In this document: piece after piece, positions 11,714-24,229 of the stretch
Layout: every line of letters starts with the position of its first letter
How positions within the stretch are numbered: the first letter of the stretch is position 1
NCBI GenBank assembly: GCA_001949185.1
Contig: BDGG01000002.1
Span: 2,291,826 to 2,355,825 of the forward strand
Source of the DNA: Ramazzottius varieornatus
Taxonomy: Eukaryota; Animalia; Tardigrada
Length of the DNA: 64,000 bases
Reading direction: 5' to 3'
Made by a program: the position numbers and the translations under genes
The notes under the pieces: generated by a model
What the model saw: only the letters and a program-made list of their open reading frames with translations
What the model was told of the DNA's origin: nothing
Databases searched by the model: none

Positions 11714-12814
11714 CCCCCCCCCCCCCCCCAGGGCGACAAACCTGGGTGGGGACTCTAAAGTACTCGTACTGTACTTCCGCGTACTCAAGCCACCTCGAGT
11801 ACTAGTATGGCCCATGGTATCCCGTGCGGCGTCACTGTATCTCCGGTGCCGTATAGGTACAATAATAACTATTGTAAACTTAAGCTGGTACCAGCGGCGA
11901 AGGCCCCCGAGCCCCGCCCGGTTCTCCAAGTAGATAATGTCCTGGTGTAGAACAATGTGTAAATCCCCCAAGTTGAACGACTTCATCGCCGAAAAAAACA
12001 TACGGAATCTCTGAGCAAAACTGAACGGAACGTTGGTGGCGTCGGAAAAGCAGTGATATTTATGCATGGATAAGAGGAGGCTAACCGGTCGAGATGAGAG
12101 CACGCGGGATCCCAGTAACGTCGCACGTAGAGAGAGGGGGAAAACTGATTATGCTGCAAGGCTAGCAGCCAGAAAAATTCAACCACTGTGAATTCCATTA
12201 AAAACGAATATTCAGCGAGGTTAGGAATGAATCAATAAACTAAGGCGCAGTATAGCAGGTCCAACTGCTCACAACAAATAAACACGCTTCCAATTTTCTT
12301 CGAATGCGATAATAAATTAGCGAAAATAAAACAGCTTCGTTTAACAGGTTGAGATCCGTTTGAAAGGCGAGTACAACGTTTCGCGGCATAAAGGACCAAC
12401 TGCAACTGTATAGCTGCCAGTTCAAGGAGTGGAGGAATGTACATTCGGCAGGCCTCGGGTTTCGGACAGAATAGGTTTACTGAGTTGTGGTGTAGGTGGT
12501 CCATCTGCCCAGCAGAAGCGTGCTTGATGCACGGAGAAAGGGAGACAGCCATACGGGACTCTGAAGTTACAGGAGCAGGAGTTTTGTCTTGGGAGATTTG
12601 TGGCCGGGACATTGTTTGGACAAGGAACGTAGAGAGCTATGGGTGGATTGTCGAGCCGAGACAAGGAAATACTGACGGGCACTGGGCAAAGTGCCTTCCA
12701 TTTGGCAAAGAAATTACAGCTGTGTGTATGAATACCAGGTGGCGCCACTGGGCTATGCAGTAAAATTTCCCAAGCTCAGATCAGGTCCTATAACTGAAAT
12801 AACATCCGCACATG

Positions 12815-15800
12815 TTATTTTCCATTCGACCATTTTGATAGCTGAGGAAAATACGAAAAAGGGGATTCAGGATGGCGTACGGGGAAGGGAAAAATTGCTT
12901 ACTCCGGGTGTGGGATACAGGAACATCTTTGCCTTGTCCAACCCCATGTCGTTCTGAGCCACACAGACAAACCGTCCCATATCCTGCTCGAAAGTCACCT
13001 TCCGTACCAAAAGATCTCCGTTTGGTAACATCTAAAATAAAGCAACCCATAAGTTACTAGTGTTTTCTGCAAGATAGCTACTGGTCGCACAAACCAGTTC
13101 TTACCTTGTGTTTGGCATCATTCTGGACAATTTGGATTTCCTCCTCGCCCGATTCGCCTTCGATCACTTTCTCCCAAGCGACTTTGGGCGTGGGTGAGCC
13201 AGAAGCTCGGCAGAAGAGCTTGACGTCGCTGCCTTCCAGCTCCATCCGCGTGTCAGTCCACATGGTGATGCGGGCAGGTTTGCCGTACCCTTTGCTACGC
13301 TTCTCCTTGCAGTCAGCACGGCCAGCCTTAGTGGGCACATCTGCAAAGTAAATGTTCGTAAAAGTGAGTAAAAAAAAGTAAATCTACGTCTAAGGTACTA
13401 CAGTTTATGTGTTTTGAGCTGGAAACAAAAGCTTTCTAGAAAAAAATATTGGGCTGTATGTTAAGCGAGGATGTGCTTCTGTGAAGTGCGCCGTTCGAGT
13501 GGATGAAGAGGAGAGTTAATTATCCGTGCGAAGAAAGAATAATTGGTCCGGAGGATAATCGCGTACCTGAGACAGTCAGCTTGGTGTCTGTACTAATACG
13601 TGAATAGGGAGTCTCGGCCACGCATGTGTATACAGCCGAGTCTTGCGGTGTAAGACAGTCCAGGAAGAGTCGTGATCTCGTCGAGCTCAGACCGATACTA
13701 TTGCCCATCACTTGAGCGGTGGCATCGTCTTCCTCTTCGCGTCGTTCAGCTGGCGTGTTGGTGAAGCTGTCTTGGGAGATGGACTGACCGTTCTTCAGCC
13801 AGTGGATCGTCGGCGGAGGACTACCACCGGCTTGGCATGTAAGTGTCACCGACTCGTGGAGGAACGTCTCCATGTGGGATGCGGGCTTGATTTCATGAAA
13901 ATACAGTTGATGACTGATTGTGGGTGAATCTGTATCCAGAAAAGCGGAAGCTTGTTAGCTTTAACTTTGGTATGAATATCGGTTATAAATGAGACGTTGG
14001 CAGATGAACTGAACAGCATCATTTTTTTGAGTGGCGCACTTGATCAGTTTTCTTGACTGCAAGTGTGCGGCACTTCGGAAAACCTTCAAGTCGTTTGCCA
14101 ATGTTGTAAATGAACTTACCAGTGGGCACGAGCTCCCTCCTTTCTCTAGTATGTAGTACTGAGATGCCCTGTAAGAAAAAAGAGTATGGTTATGGAGTAT
14201 TCGCGTTACAGTACTTTGTTTGTTTGGGCGAGAGTATGGATATTGGGAACCGTTGAGAAATTCTTATCACAATTGTCGCGCGTCACATAAAGGTTTAGTG
14301 TGATTTAGAGCTTATGCGGGTGTGTCTTCCGCAGACTGTCTACTGTTGGCTATAATTACGATGGATGAGCGGGGCTAATTACTAAAGAAACACAATCGAA
14401 GACGAACCCGATGATTAACTTTGACGTCAAGAAAGTAAGATGCCGGACAAGAGTCAAAGCTAGCCCGAAAGAGAGGCTGGACGCCGGTGTAAAAATACGA
14501 CAAGAACCAACAATCAAAAGGACTTTCTGGTCTCGGTGACGTTGACCATCGCTAAATCTGTTCCTTGGGCAAGTCCCAAAGGACTCTAAGGGTCTTTATC
14601 CCTTTTCACACATTTCCTCTAGCTGTTTTATTAATACTACCAATTACCGGCCACGTACTGTATATGGCCCATTAGGCACTGTATTGTGCCGAACAAAGTG
14701 TGGCTCGTGACGTTACGTGCACTTCCGGAACGCCGCACGTCTTCTGGAAAACGGCTGAAAAGATCCGGAAGCATCGTAGAGTTTTCGCGTGTACTGGGAG
14801 GAAGGTGTGCCATGGGTCGCATCAAAGAAGCCGAACCACGCGCGACGGAAATAAGTTTTAATATCTCATTAGACGCCTATCCAGCCATTATTGTCAGTTT
14901 TCTTTTGAATGATTGCTGTATGGAGGATATCACTTATCGTTAGAGGACAGGCGTCATGGAGGGAGGTAATAAGCATGGGTGGGTTGCCTCTGATGCGGAT
15001 CGGAGGTGTTTAATGGCTGACCCATCAGAAGGGAAACACTGTACGTGTGCGCAACGGACAATTGCCCGCCATGGTCACATTATACAATCTTCCGATTGCG
15101 CATGCGTCATCAGTCGAAGGTATGGCCGATTGCACGCTTAGTGCCATTGACCATTCCTTTACAAATAGAGAAAAGTTTCCGAAGAAAGAATGAGTAAACG
15201 TTATGTCGATTAACACAGACATGATGCCGATGAGAGACGCGCGATTACCTGAGCAGACCAGTTTTATGGCTCTAACCTCATATGAACCGCGCCTGCCGAG
15301 TCGCGCTAATGGAACTCCGCAAGTTCTCACGAGTCACACCCAGAAGATTTTCCTAAAAATCCCTACCAAAACGTTTACCCTTCCTTGACAAAAGTTAAAA
15401 ATTTCAGTACTGTTAGCTTTCTGATTTTGAACTCCACACTTCTCATCATCAGAAGGACCTGGAACGGACCGTATGAATGATTTGCTGCTGTAATCTCAAT
15501 GACCGCAAGCTTCGTGATTCCAATTCAAAACCTGAGTAATCGGGAAAGAGGGGACTGCGGATAAGGCGAAACCCCGCCACGACACGCACCGGGTTAGCTT
15601 ACCCGAAAGCTGGTGAAATGGCTGGTGTTAGTAGGTACTCTTAAATGTCTTGGGGGCCATTTCTGATTAAGCGATTAGGAGTATCACGAAGCCCCAGAAG
15701 AGGCTCTTTTTTGAAAAGGAGATAATTACGGAGAAGAACAATGGCCCGGCGCAGCCAGCAGTACTCTCCTCGTCTTGACCTTAAAATGGCACCAATATCG

Positions 15801-15996
15801 TGCAGCGATTAGCTCTGGGCTTACTAACCACGCTCATACCTTGGATAACCACTCCGCGTTCCTTATAAAATTTCTTTCTCAACATAGGTCTGAAGCTCGA
15901 AACGATCTTCTGTCTTACCTGTGCGGGAAACAGCAGGACGGATATTGTCAAAAGAAGGCCAAAAACTGGCAGGAAAGATTCAGGCATATTTATCAT
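12815..15996 (-). CDS. ImpL2: ImpL2-like secreted insulin-binding protein with two Ig domains
   Basis: Exon 1 signal peptide MINMPESFLPVFGLLLTISVLLFPAQ|gtaaga; small exon GISVLHTRERRELVPT; Ig1 LTCQAGGSPPPTIHWLKNG...STRSRLFLDCLT...YTCVA; linker PARITMWTDTRMELEG; Ig2 LFCRASGSPTPKVAW...LPNGDLLV...DMGRFVCVAQNDMGLD...FLYP; last exon LSKWSNGK-stop. Confidence 0.88.
14029..14075. repeat. Palindromic GTGGCGCA-N27-TGCGCCAC element, copy in ImpL2 intron
   Basis: GTGGCGCA 14031-14038 and TGCGGCAC 14066-14073; spacer 27 bp. Confidence 0.75.
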
Positions 15997-18067
15997 CGGG
16001 ACGAGGCTTCGGAGCGGAACTGCAGGGCGAGCACTGCAAAGTAAATTCAACATTCCGTTCCGCAAATTCAAAAATCGAAAAAACTCTGAACAAGTTTATC
16101 GCGTCTGAAGTATGCCGGTTAGTAAAGTCTGCAAAATGTTGGCAGTTGATGGCGGAAGAATGACTAGACGCTGAGTCTGACCACAAAAACTTACACTTGT
16201 GTCTGATGCAATGTGCGGCGAGAAAATCGGGTGTTATATAGTCATCGGGCGTCGTAGGTACAAAATCCACAAATATGGATACCTGATGGATGGTACGCAC
16301 TCAAAACTACGAGTATGCAATGGCAGACACTTGTGGCTTCAACCCGAGTGACTCACCACTTAACCTCGCGCACAGATGATTTTTCTCCGAGGCCGTGAAA
16401 ATGACTTCACCGCTCGTTCGGCGAATGGATGACGGTTTGGTCAAGTAGTCAATGATGTCGTTTGCACCTTAATTTAAAAAATAAACATTGCGTTAGTACT
16501 GAATAAGGCTAGAAAGGTCTACAGTGCGTAACACACCAGACTGCACTAATATCGCTCATTGAAACAGGGAGGAGAGCTCGGACGAGAAAGAGAAACTTAC
16601 CTAGCTTAGCTGGTTACACAAGTAGCAGAATACGAAGACAATTGCATCTTGTGCTTCACTTTCTTTTGAGATGGTTCAAAAGTGAAGAACAAGAGGCGCA
16701 GGTATACTCGAACGAAGAGAGCAGAATGTATACAGTGAGTTGCTGCCAGCAGAACTAACCGTAAAGACTACAAGTGAGGCCTGCCCGCTACAATGGAATA
16801 TATATACGTTGCTGCCATCAAGGAAGATTGATCATCATTGTGTCGATGAAGAAAAGCAATGGGCGGAGTGGGGGAAGCAACGTAAACTGCTGATTATAGG
16901 CCATTATGGAGCCCAGCCTACGCCTGACACTTCTTTAGGGCTGCCAACCACGCACAGCGAGTCCCCACAGTGCCGGCATTATATCATGATTTATCCGCTG
17001 TGATCCGCTAACGTCATCATTGGGTGTTAGCGACAACCTTGCAATTGACCTATTACAGATTTCACCCGGTACTCGTCGGACTCGTACCTTGCCATTTTCT
17101 AATCTACGAAATAGTCCAGTAAGCAACTGGGATGGCTGATCCCAGGACGCACGTATTTGACAGGTCTTCCTGGGACAATCCCTCAGCGCCGATTCCGAAA
17201 TCTGCTAACTGGAGCTAAGCGATCAGACTTGCGTCGGACAAACATCCGGGTTGTCGTGCCCTTACTCGGGTTGTTTTTGGGGAATTTAGTTCGAACTTAA
17301 GCCCTTTTTCTTTCCGCCTTGTCAAACCTTCCGCGTCCGACCGGCATAACAGAGTCCAAAACCGGACTGTTATGGCAGCGAGCATCCTGCAGATAACAGC
17401 AGACACTTAAGACCCTTTGAAAGCATGACGCCAAAAACCAGAAAAATCTGGAAGAGGACGATGCCTGTCTCGGTCGCGCAGGACGCAGCGAACAGCACGG
17501 GATGAAGATGGGTTCCGGCCTTGAAAGGTTGCGTTAAGCTTCCGTGACGGTAGCACCACACCTAATCCGTGGGAAGAACCATGGATCTCATATGACGTGG
17601 ACGACTCACAAGCTGTGGCCAAAATTATGATGTTTAGCTGACAGAAAAGTATATTTGGCCTTGCATCCCTCGATGCTCGGGGGAACGTAATGATTACAAC
17701 AGCAAGCTGGATTAACCCATGTTTAGTCTTGAGCCTTGCTCGAGGTAGAAAAACGATGGTGCGCGTTTCGAAAACCAACGGCCGCAATTTGTTGCTCGCG
17801 CAGCAGTTGCTGACCGTCCGTTTATATTTTTTTCTGGCGCATTTCGTCGTCAATGGCCAGTATAAAGTTTGGGCCAGAGGATTCCGAGACAGCGGAGCGG
17901 AAGTAAGTACGTAGGTGTGTTATTCACAGCCATGCACTTTTCGGCAGTTTTCTACGGTTGAATTTTCAGTTTGCTGTCTTTCTGTCTGGCCCAAACGTTT
18001 TATCGGCCCATACTTCCTTTTCCTGCGTGTAGTCTCGAAAGCACTCGCTGTACTTGTTACTACAGAA

Positions 18068-18103
18068 GCAGGGGGTACGGCAGGGGATACGGCAGGGGAT
18101 ACA
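18068..18103. repeat. 12-bp tandem repeat (GCAGGGGATACG) x3
   Basis: Directly visible. Confidence 0.85.
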
Positions 18104-19329
18104 GTAGGCTCATTGCCGGCGGCTTCGCACCCCACCGCTCTCTGGAACCGCTAGCTCGAATCTCCAAAACACTCGCTGTAAATGTTGCTGCAGGGGACTG
18201 CGTTAGCGTCTATTACGGTTTTGGCTAACAAGGGGATTATTCCAATCCGCCGCCTCTGCTCCGCAAACCGACAACACAAGTGGAAAGAGGAGAGCCCCTT
18301 CCACAGTCGGAGCCGAAAACCTAGTCATCATTCCGTTCCTGGAAGAAACTACGGATGCCAAAGTGAAGAAAATTCGACAAAATCGGCAGATCGAAAATTT
18401 GACCAAAAGTCATAATGTCCGTTCTATATCGAATGAATTTTCGTCACTTTACTCGCCCGCAGTTTCTTTCGGGAAAGGAATGATGACTAGATTTACCCAT
18501 TCTAACGCGTACTTTAGTCTATAGAATGAATAGTGGTCTGGTTATTGTTGAGAATGTTGCTTGATGCGTCGTTTGAGTTATCATCCTGCGGCTGCTAAGT
18601 TGAGCATCCTGTTATGGTACATCCCTTATCGGTACATGGTTCAATACGTTCGATATTGATGCTGATAGCTAGCAGTTCTTTCCAACATGGAGAGACCACG
18701 AATCAATGGAGAAGGAAGGCAACTCGGCATGATAAAAATCTGCCTTGGATGTTCCTGTTGTTGCCTACACTGTAACACTCATTTGTACCATTCGGACCCC
18801 CAGGGACAACTGACCGTTCTCGATGACCAGCGGTCAGTCGCACCGCTGACACCCCATATGGTTTGCATAGTGCACATAGTGCTATTAGCGGAATGTTGAA
18901 GACACTTGGACATGAAAAACGGAAAGTGCCGTCCTGAGCAGTTGGAGAATTTTCGCAAGTCTCAGATTCTACTGATGCAGCCTCAATTGATCGGTAAGAA
19001 AACCAACATCCTCTAGTTTAGGTTTGAGCGACGGTTAGATTTGAGTTTGAGTTTATTGGGTTTAGCGTCGAGGAACAACCAGACGAAGTGTCTGCTACCG
19101 TTCGCGACCCGATCAAAAGAATCCAGCTGTTAACACAGGAAAATAGTCAGACGACAAATGGCGACAAGGAAGCCTCAGCGTGGTGCTGAAGTTTGAAATC
19201 TACTTGCTAAACCCTTGACAGCGAACCGAGGGGAAAGGCCTTCACTGATCGGGTTCTCCACTGTAATGGAGCCCGTCGGCGGAAATAAAAGAACTGTATT
19301 TACCTAGTAAAGTTCACACAAACTTTATT

Positions 19330-19600
19330 TTCGATGACCGAACATTTTCTATGGTTAAAGAAACGCTTGAGAGGGTTTCATAGGCAGCGGCATCGAGCGG
19401 GAGATTGTTCCAGATTTGGGAGATGAGGAAGGCGAATGACTTGTTCGAGTTTCCGGCGATGCATCCATCGTCCTGAGGTCCAGCCAGTCGAAGCGGGAAT
19501 TGGTGAGCACGGAGCGCTGTAGCTGTTCGCGTGCCACCTGCAACGGAGGGAACGGCAGTAGCTGCAAATTGAGGCTGAAAAAAAGGAGAGCTTACCGGAA
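19330..19600 (-). mobile_element. 3' fragment of a non-LTR retrotransposon ORF2 (CR1/L2-like C-terminus)
   Basis: LRAHQFPL...KSFAFLISQIWNNLPLD...TLSS resembles the SF...WNxLP motif at the end of CR1/L2 ORF2. Confidence 0.5.
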
Positions 19601-19626
19601 CAAGGTTAGACACCATCTTGTAAGCC

Positions 19627-20010
19627 AGGATAAGGGATGTTTATCTCAAGTACCTTGTTCCTGCTAGCTGTCGTGCGGCTTGGTGCTTTCCCACTTCGAA
19701 CGCTATCTTGTTCTGCCTGATGGTTGGACTGAGTTATTCTCTCATGGGTTCCTGTGTATGGAGCGGCGTGGTGGTCGTCATGCACAAAACCAAAATAAAT
19801 GCCGTCGGTGTAGCCATGGGTTTTCCCTCCTCTCTCCAGACCATTGGTGCGGGGTTCCTCCTCGTTGGAGGTTTCTTACTGGAAGCCGGTAGGGACGAGA
19901 ACGGCAAGTGGTTGAATTTTTTTATCATGGTCACGTTTACATATGGTCACGGCATATTTGGTGGCTCCCCTCACCGTGGGGTACCATGACTGGAAAATCT
20001 CGGGCCAGCC
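19627..20010 (+). pseudogene. MFSD1-like transporter fragment (last exon only, frameshifted)
   Basis: AILFCLMVGLSYSLMGSCVWSGVVV...VGVAMGFPSSLQTIGAG...GKWLNFFI matches the last exon of the three downstream copies; frameshifts present; no upstream exons found. Confidence 0.85.
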
Positions 20011-20321
20011 TTTAAAAGCAATGCTCCCCAAAGAGAACCGCTCACAATGGTGGATATAACGGAAATGGAAAATGACAAAGTCGAACGGGTACCTTTGAAT
20101 CCTATGTACAGAGTGTACAGTTTGACCGCTAGATGCTACGAGCCAGAATCCAACATGAACATGGTCATCTAGAGACAGCCAACACCTGAGAGAGATTTAA
20201 ATTCAGAACCCTTAATGACACCATTCCTCCTGTTGTTTTGTCTTTGGCGTACTCGCTCCAGCGTTCATCCATGAAGCCAGAAACAATATACAGCTGCGCA
20301 TACCCCATAGAGTATTATGTA

Positions 20322-20506
20322 CACGCACGATAGAAAATTATGGGACAATAAAATTATGCGACAGGAGGAAACGACGGCTAAATGGAAATTCGACCGTAGA
20401 AAAGTGTCGAAAATTGTTAGTGTGTTACTGTGAATCGGTCGCGTACGTACGTGCTTCCTGTACCGCCGTAGCGAAAAGGCCTGTCACATATTTTCCATCG
20501 TCCGTG
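20322..20506. mobile_element. Tc1/mariner-type MITE (family of 21970..22166)
   Basis: TA then CACGCACGATAGAAAATTATGGGACAATAAAATTATGCGACAGG; the right end reverse-complements to CACGGACGATGGAAAATATGTGACAGG. Confidence 0.7.
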
Positions 20507-20770
20507 CACAGTATACGATAGTTCAGTGCTACGGAGAGACTCACTAACTTGGTACTACCCGCAGGGAACAGAGAATTTCCCGCTTCCGGCTACAACGTCA
20601 TTTATTGTTTGTGTCAATCAAAGCATCCTTACAGTAGAATTGTATAACTAATACCACGTCGTATGTGGTTTGTGCGAGAACCATAGATAAAAATCGTTTC
20701 AAAAAAAAAGGGTAACCGTATTCCTTGGACAGCAGATCCTTTTATTTACCTGGGAGGAATACCGGCGAAG

Positions 20771-22784
20771 ATGAAGCGGTGGGTCTTTCTGTTTTTCTCA
20801 TGCGCTGCTCTGTTCGGAGCGCAGATGATTTCAGACGAAACAGCCATTTTAGCCACCCGACTTTCTGGAACATCACCAGGATGCTACCAGAACACCGGAA
20901 CCGACTATGGCTGTTTATCCATGAGCGCCACTGAGTTTAACGCTCTGTACGTTATCCATTTCTGGGCTGGAGCCGTCTGCGCCCTGTGTACTGGTTTTCT
21001 AACTGCAAGATACGGAGTCTGGGTGATGAGTTTGGCTACTGGTGGTTCATTACTCGTCGGCATGTAAGTGAAAAATTTTCAGAAGCATTAAACCTGGATC
21101 GTTTTTCCAAGCGGCCCACTGTCGCCTAATGATAACGAAGGGTGCGCCACTTGAAAAAACGACCTCTGTGAAATTATTTGCGGTCGTCTCAATCTTAGCA
21201 TTACCATGATAATTTCGCTGTAAATACTCACGGATTGAACAACTGCAAAAAATCGGGTTAGATTTCCAGGATATTTTTCACGTTGGGTCCATACTGTGAA
21301 ACAACGGAGGCTGCATTTGCCCTGATGATGGTCGGCAAATTAATTTATGGATGTGGCTACTGGGGTAACATCGTAGTTTCGCAACAAGCCAAATCTCACT
21401 GGTTCTTTGGAAAGGAGCTCGCCGTCTCTTTCGCGCTGTATACCAACTCCATCAGAGTTTCCGCAATCGTCACTTACGCATCTGTGGGAACGATTGTGCA
21501 GACTGTCGGGCTACAGCATACCATGTGGATTGTGTTCATCGTGGCTCTCACTGGCCCCTTGGGTGCGGTGATTGCTGGATGGATATACCGGGAACACGCC
21601 GAATCGTCTATGGAAGCTTCAGTGTACCGCGAAAGTCTGGTGTACGCAAAAGGACTGGATTTCAGCGTGGCGAAGCGGCTGAACCGATACTTTTGGACGC
21701 TTGGACTGTATCTATTCCTTTTCTACGGAGCAATCATTATGGTCCTCGCCGACTTCCCCAAGTTCCTGGCGGTAAGCCAACAGCTATTGATAACTGTAAC
21801 TACGTAGTGTGCGCTAACACTCAACTGAAAGTTTTTTGGCGTATTTCACAGGAGGCCCGTGGTGAAACGGAAGCCGTGGCCGGACTGATAACCGGCATAG
21901 TCGTTGACGTCGGGATACTCTCACCGCTACTCGGAATCATAACCGATCTTTACGGTGGGTACACGTGTACACGCGGGAAGGGAAAGTTTGGAACAGTAAA
22001 AAGTTTGGAACAGGCGGAAAAGAGGGCGAATTGAGAATTCAACCGTAGAAAATTACCAGAAAGTGCATTCGTGCGAATTGCATACATTCCTACGGACTTG
22101 CGTGCCGCCGTTTCGGAAACGCTTGTTCCAAACTTTTTACTGCTCCAAACTTTTCCTTCGTGCGTGTACTGCGGTCAATGTTTTTAGCGACGGGATTATG
22201 GAAACCTCAGAACGAAAAGCTTGAAGTCGCTTTTTCTTTTCTCGACAGGCTGGAGAGAAGTCCAGCTGTTCGTAGCTGCAATCCTGTTCTCCATTGCCGC
22301 CATTGGAATCACCGCAGTCTACACATTCCAGCAAGTTCTTTTTTGCGTCCTTGTTGGCATCAGTTACTCCCTCTTTACAGCCTGTGTATGGAGTGCCGTG
22401 GTGGTGGTAACCACTCCTAGTAGCGTGGGAATTGCCATGGGCCTTGCCACATCCCTGCAAGCCTTCAGCGCTGGGTTCACCCTTCTGCTTGTTGGACGGA
22501 TCCTTGATACCGACGCGGACACGAGGTCCAGATGGACTGGCTACTTTATCATGATGTCGGTGGTAGTCAGCTTTTCGTTAGCGCTTTCTGCTATTGTGTG
22601 GTACCTCGACTGGAAAAGTCCTCTTCGGCCGTTACGGAGCAAGCATTCGACGCTGATTCCTGCAGCTGCAGCTGAAATGAACGAAGATGTTGGTGAATGC
22701 ATACCGGTTAAAAGTCGTAGAAACCATAGTAGTGGGTCGATAGACACGTACATATCCGGCAGTAATTTGCCCATGATAACTTAA
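20771..22784 (+). CDS. MFSD1: MFSD1-like major facilitator transporter, copy A (4 exons)
   Basis: FNALY, GKLIYGCG, HWFFGKELAVSF, PLLGIITDLYG, VGIAMGLATSLQ; multiple TM helices; canonical GT-AG introns. Confidence 0.88.
21097..21164. repeat. Palindromic element copy in MFS copy A intron 1
   Basis: GATCGTTTTTCCAAGCGGCCCA...TGCGCCACTTGAAAAAACGACC; spacer 24 bp. Confidence 0.7.
21970..22166. mobile_element. Tc1/mariner-type MITE in MFS copy A intron 3
   Basis: ~48-bp near-perfect TIRs (CACGCGGGAAGGGAAAGTTTGGAACAGTAAAAAGTTTGGAACAGGCG and its inverse) with internal direct repeats; TA on both flanks. Confidence 0.88.
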
Positions 22785-24229
22785 CGCAGACGATTTTTCA
22801 TATGATCGCATTTGAGCTGACTGTGATTCTTCCTTTTGAAATAGGATAAGTTTAGTGTTGGATGTGAGTGAAGAACGTTCAACCGCCGTTCCATGAAACC
22901 CTTAGCGTGATGGTCAACTATCTATTAAATACTTCACCGAAAGCCCCGCTGTTTTTCTGAAGCAGAAGAACACCTGTCCACCACGATGTCCAGCTTTTCG
23001 GTGGTCGTTTAGGACGAATGGAATGGAACTATCCGACCTTCCTTCGCTTTCTTGTTGGATAGTAGAAGTTGTACAAGCTGTTCGTTTCACATTCGGCCCG
23101 CTCGTAGCATGCCTGAAATCGAGCAAAAGTTGAACGTGTGGAGATTTTTAATAGGCGGTCTGATTTAGAATGCTTAAAGTTGCGAATTCGTTGGAGGGTG
23201 TGATGCTCGGTGCCATACAGAAAGAAACGAAGGTCAAACACGCGCAACTTGGAGTATGGCTCGTACGAAAATGATTTTAGCGTCTCCAGTGAAATCCGCG
23301 AAAAAATCCTTCGAAGAAAATTTTTCAGGATTTTAGTAAGTGCCTATTTTGGCTCAGTGGTTCATACATCCAGGGATTTCACTAGCTTTCCATTTCAGTT
23401 GTTGTTTGATTACTTGAGAGCAGGGGTCTGGCCGCACCGGCGGCGTGGAGGTTCATACCTAACCGAAGCTCAAGTTTTTTACCAGATTTCCCGTTGTTTT
23501 AAGCGTTCCGGTTGGCTTTCGACTTTTGTTAGAACTACGGAGCGCGAGATAACATAGTCTCAGCTTTGAGACTTATTGATTCGCCTGTTTTTTAAGGCTA
23601 TACTGCAAACGTTTTTGTCTGCACGAGGCTCGATCTAGACCGAGACTCGAGCAGGCAAAAGACGCCTTCGAAAATCGAGAGTTGTGTGGACTGTATCTGT
23701 GCGGTTCTCTGAATTTTAGCGTTCGTCGGGGTATGTGGGGGAAAAAGCACTCTTCCGCGTGCCACCGACCCTAGATACCGTGCCCATGGCTAATGGGAAA
23801 GCCCACCTAGTGATTTTTTAGAGTTAAGTAAATTACAGATTTGGGTTATCATCACTTCATATTGGCTTTTGTGCGTATAATACGGGTATAGATAACATTT
23901 TGTCTGCCGTGCCCAGAAGCGCATTTATATTTGAGAATTAAATGGCTTGAGGCGGAAAATAAGCGGATAGGAAAGCTTAATTTACGCATCATAGCTTAAA
24001 TTCCATGCATTCCGAGATTAATACGCATCCCGAAGTCCTCAAACCGTCCCACTTTTCCTTGGAAAGGCCTTTGTCGTACTTGCAGCATTACACCACCCAC
24101 TCTCGATGTGATCAAGAACACCTGTGACTGCCTACGAGCAACTTTTGTGGAGCCGAGCTTACATGTCATGGAGTTCAAGACAGTGGATGATCGACTCATG
24201 CGACATACTTTCGTCTGCTAAACATCACA

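Noticed and set aside
11356-12198. ORFs spanning the first N gap
   Set aside because: Built from homopolymer and N runs; no recognisable protein.
17200-18415. Minus-strand fragments (WCYRHG, SPAVSPAVPPA) suggesting a gene or transposase
   Set aside because: Could not join them into a consistent spliced frame or match a family; left unannotated.
22900-23830. Possible transposon between MFS copies A and B (similar-looking region at 32500-33420)
   Set aside because: No matching terminal repeats or coding remnants could be identified by eye.
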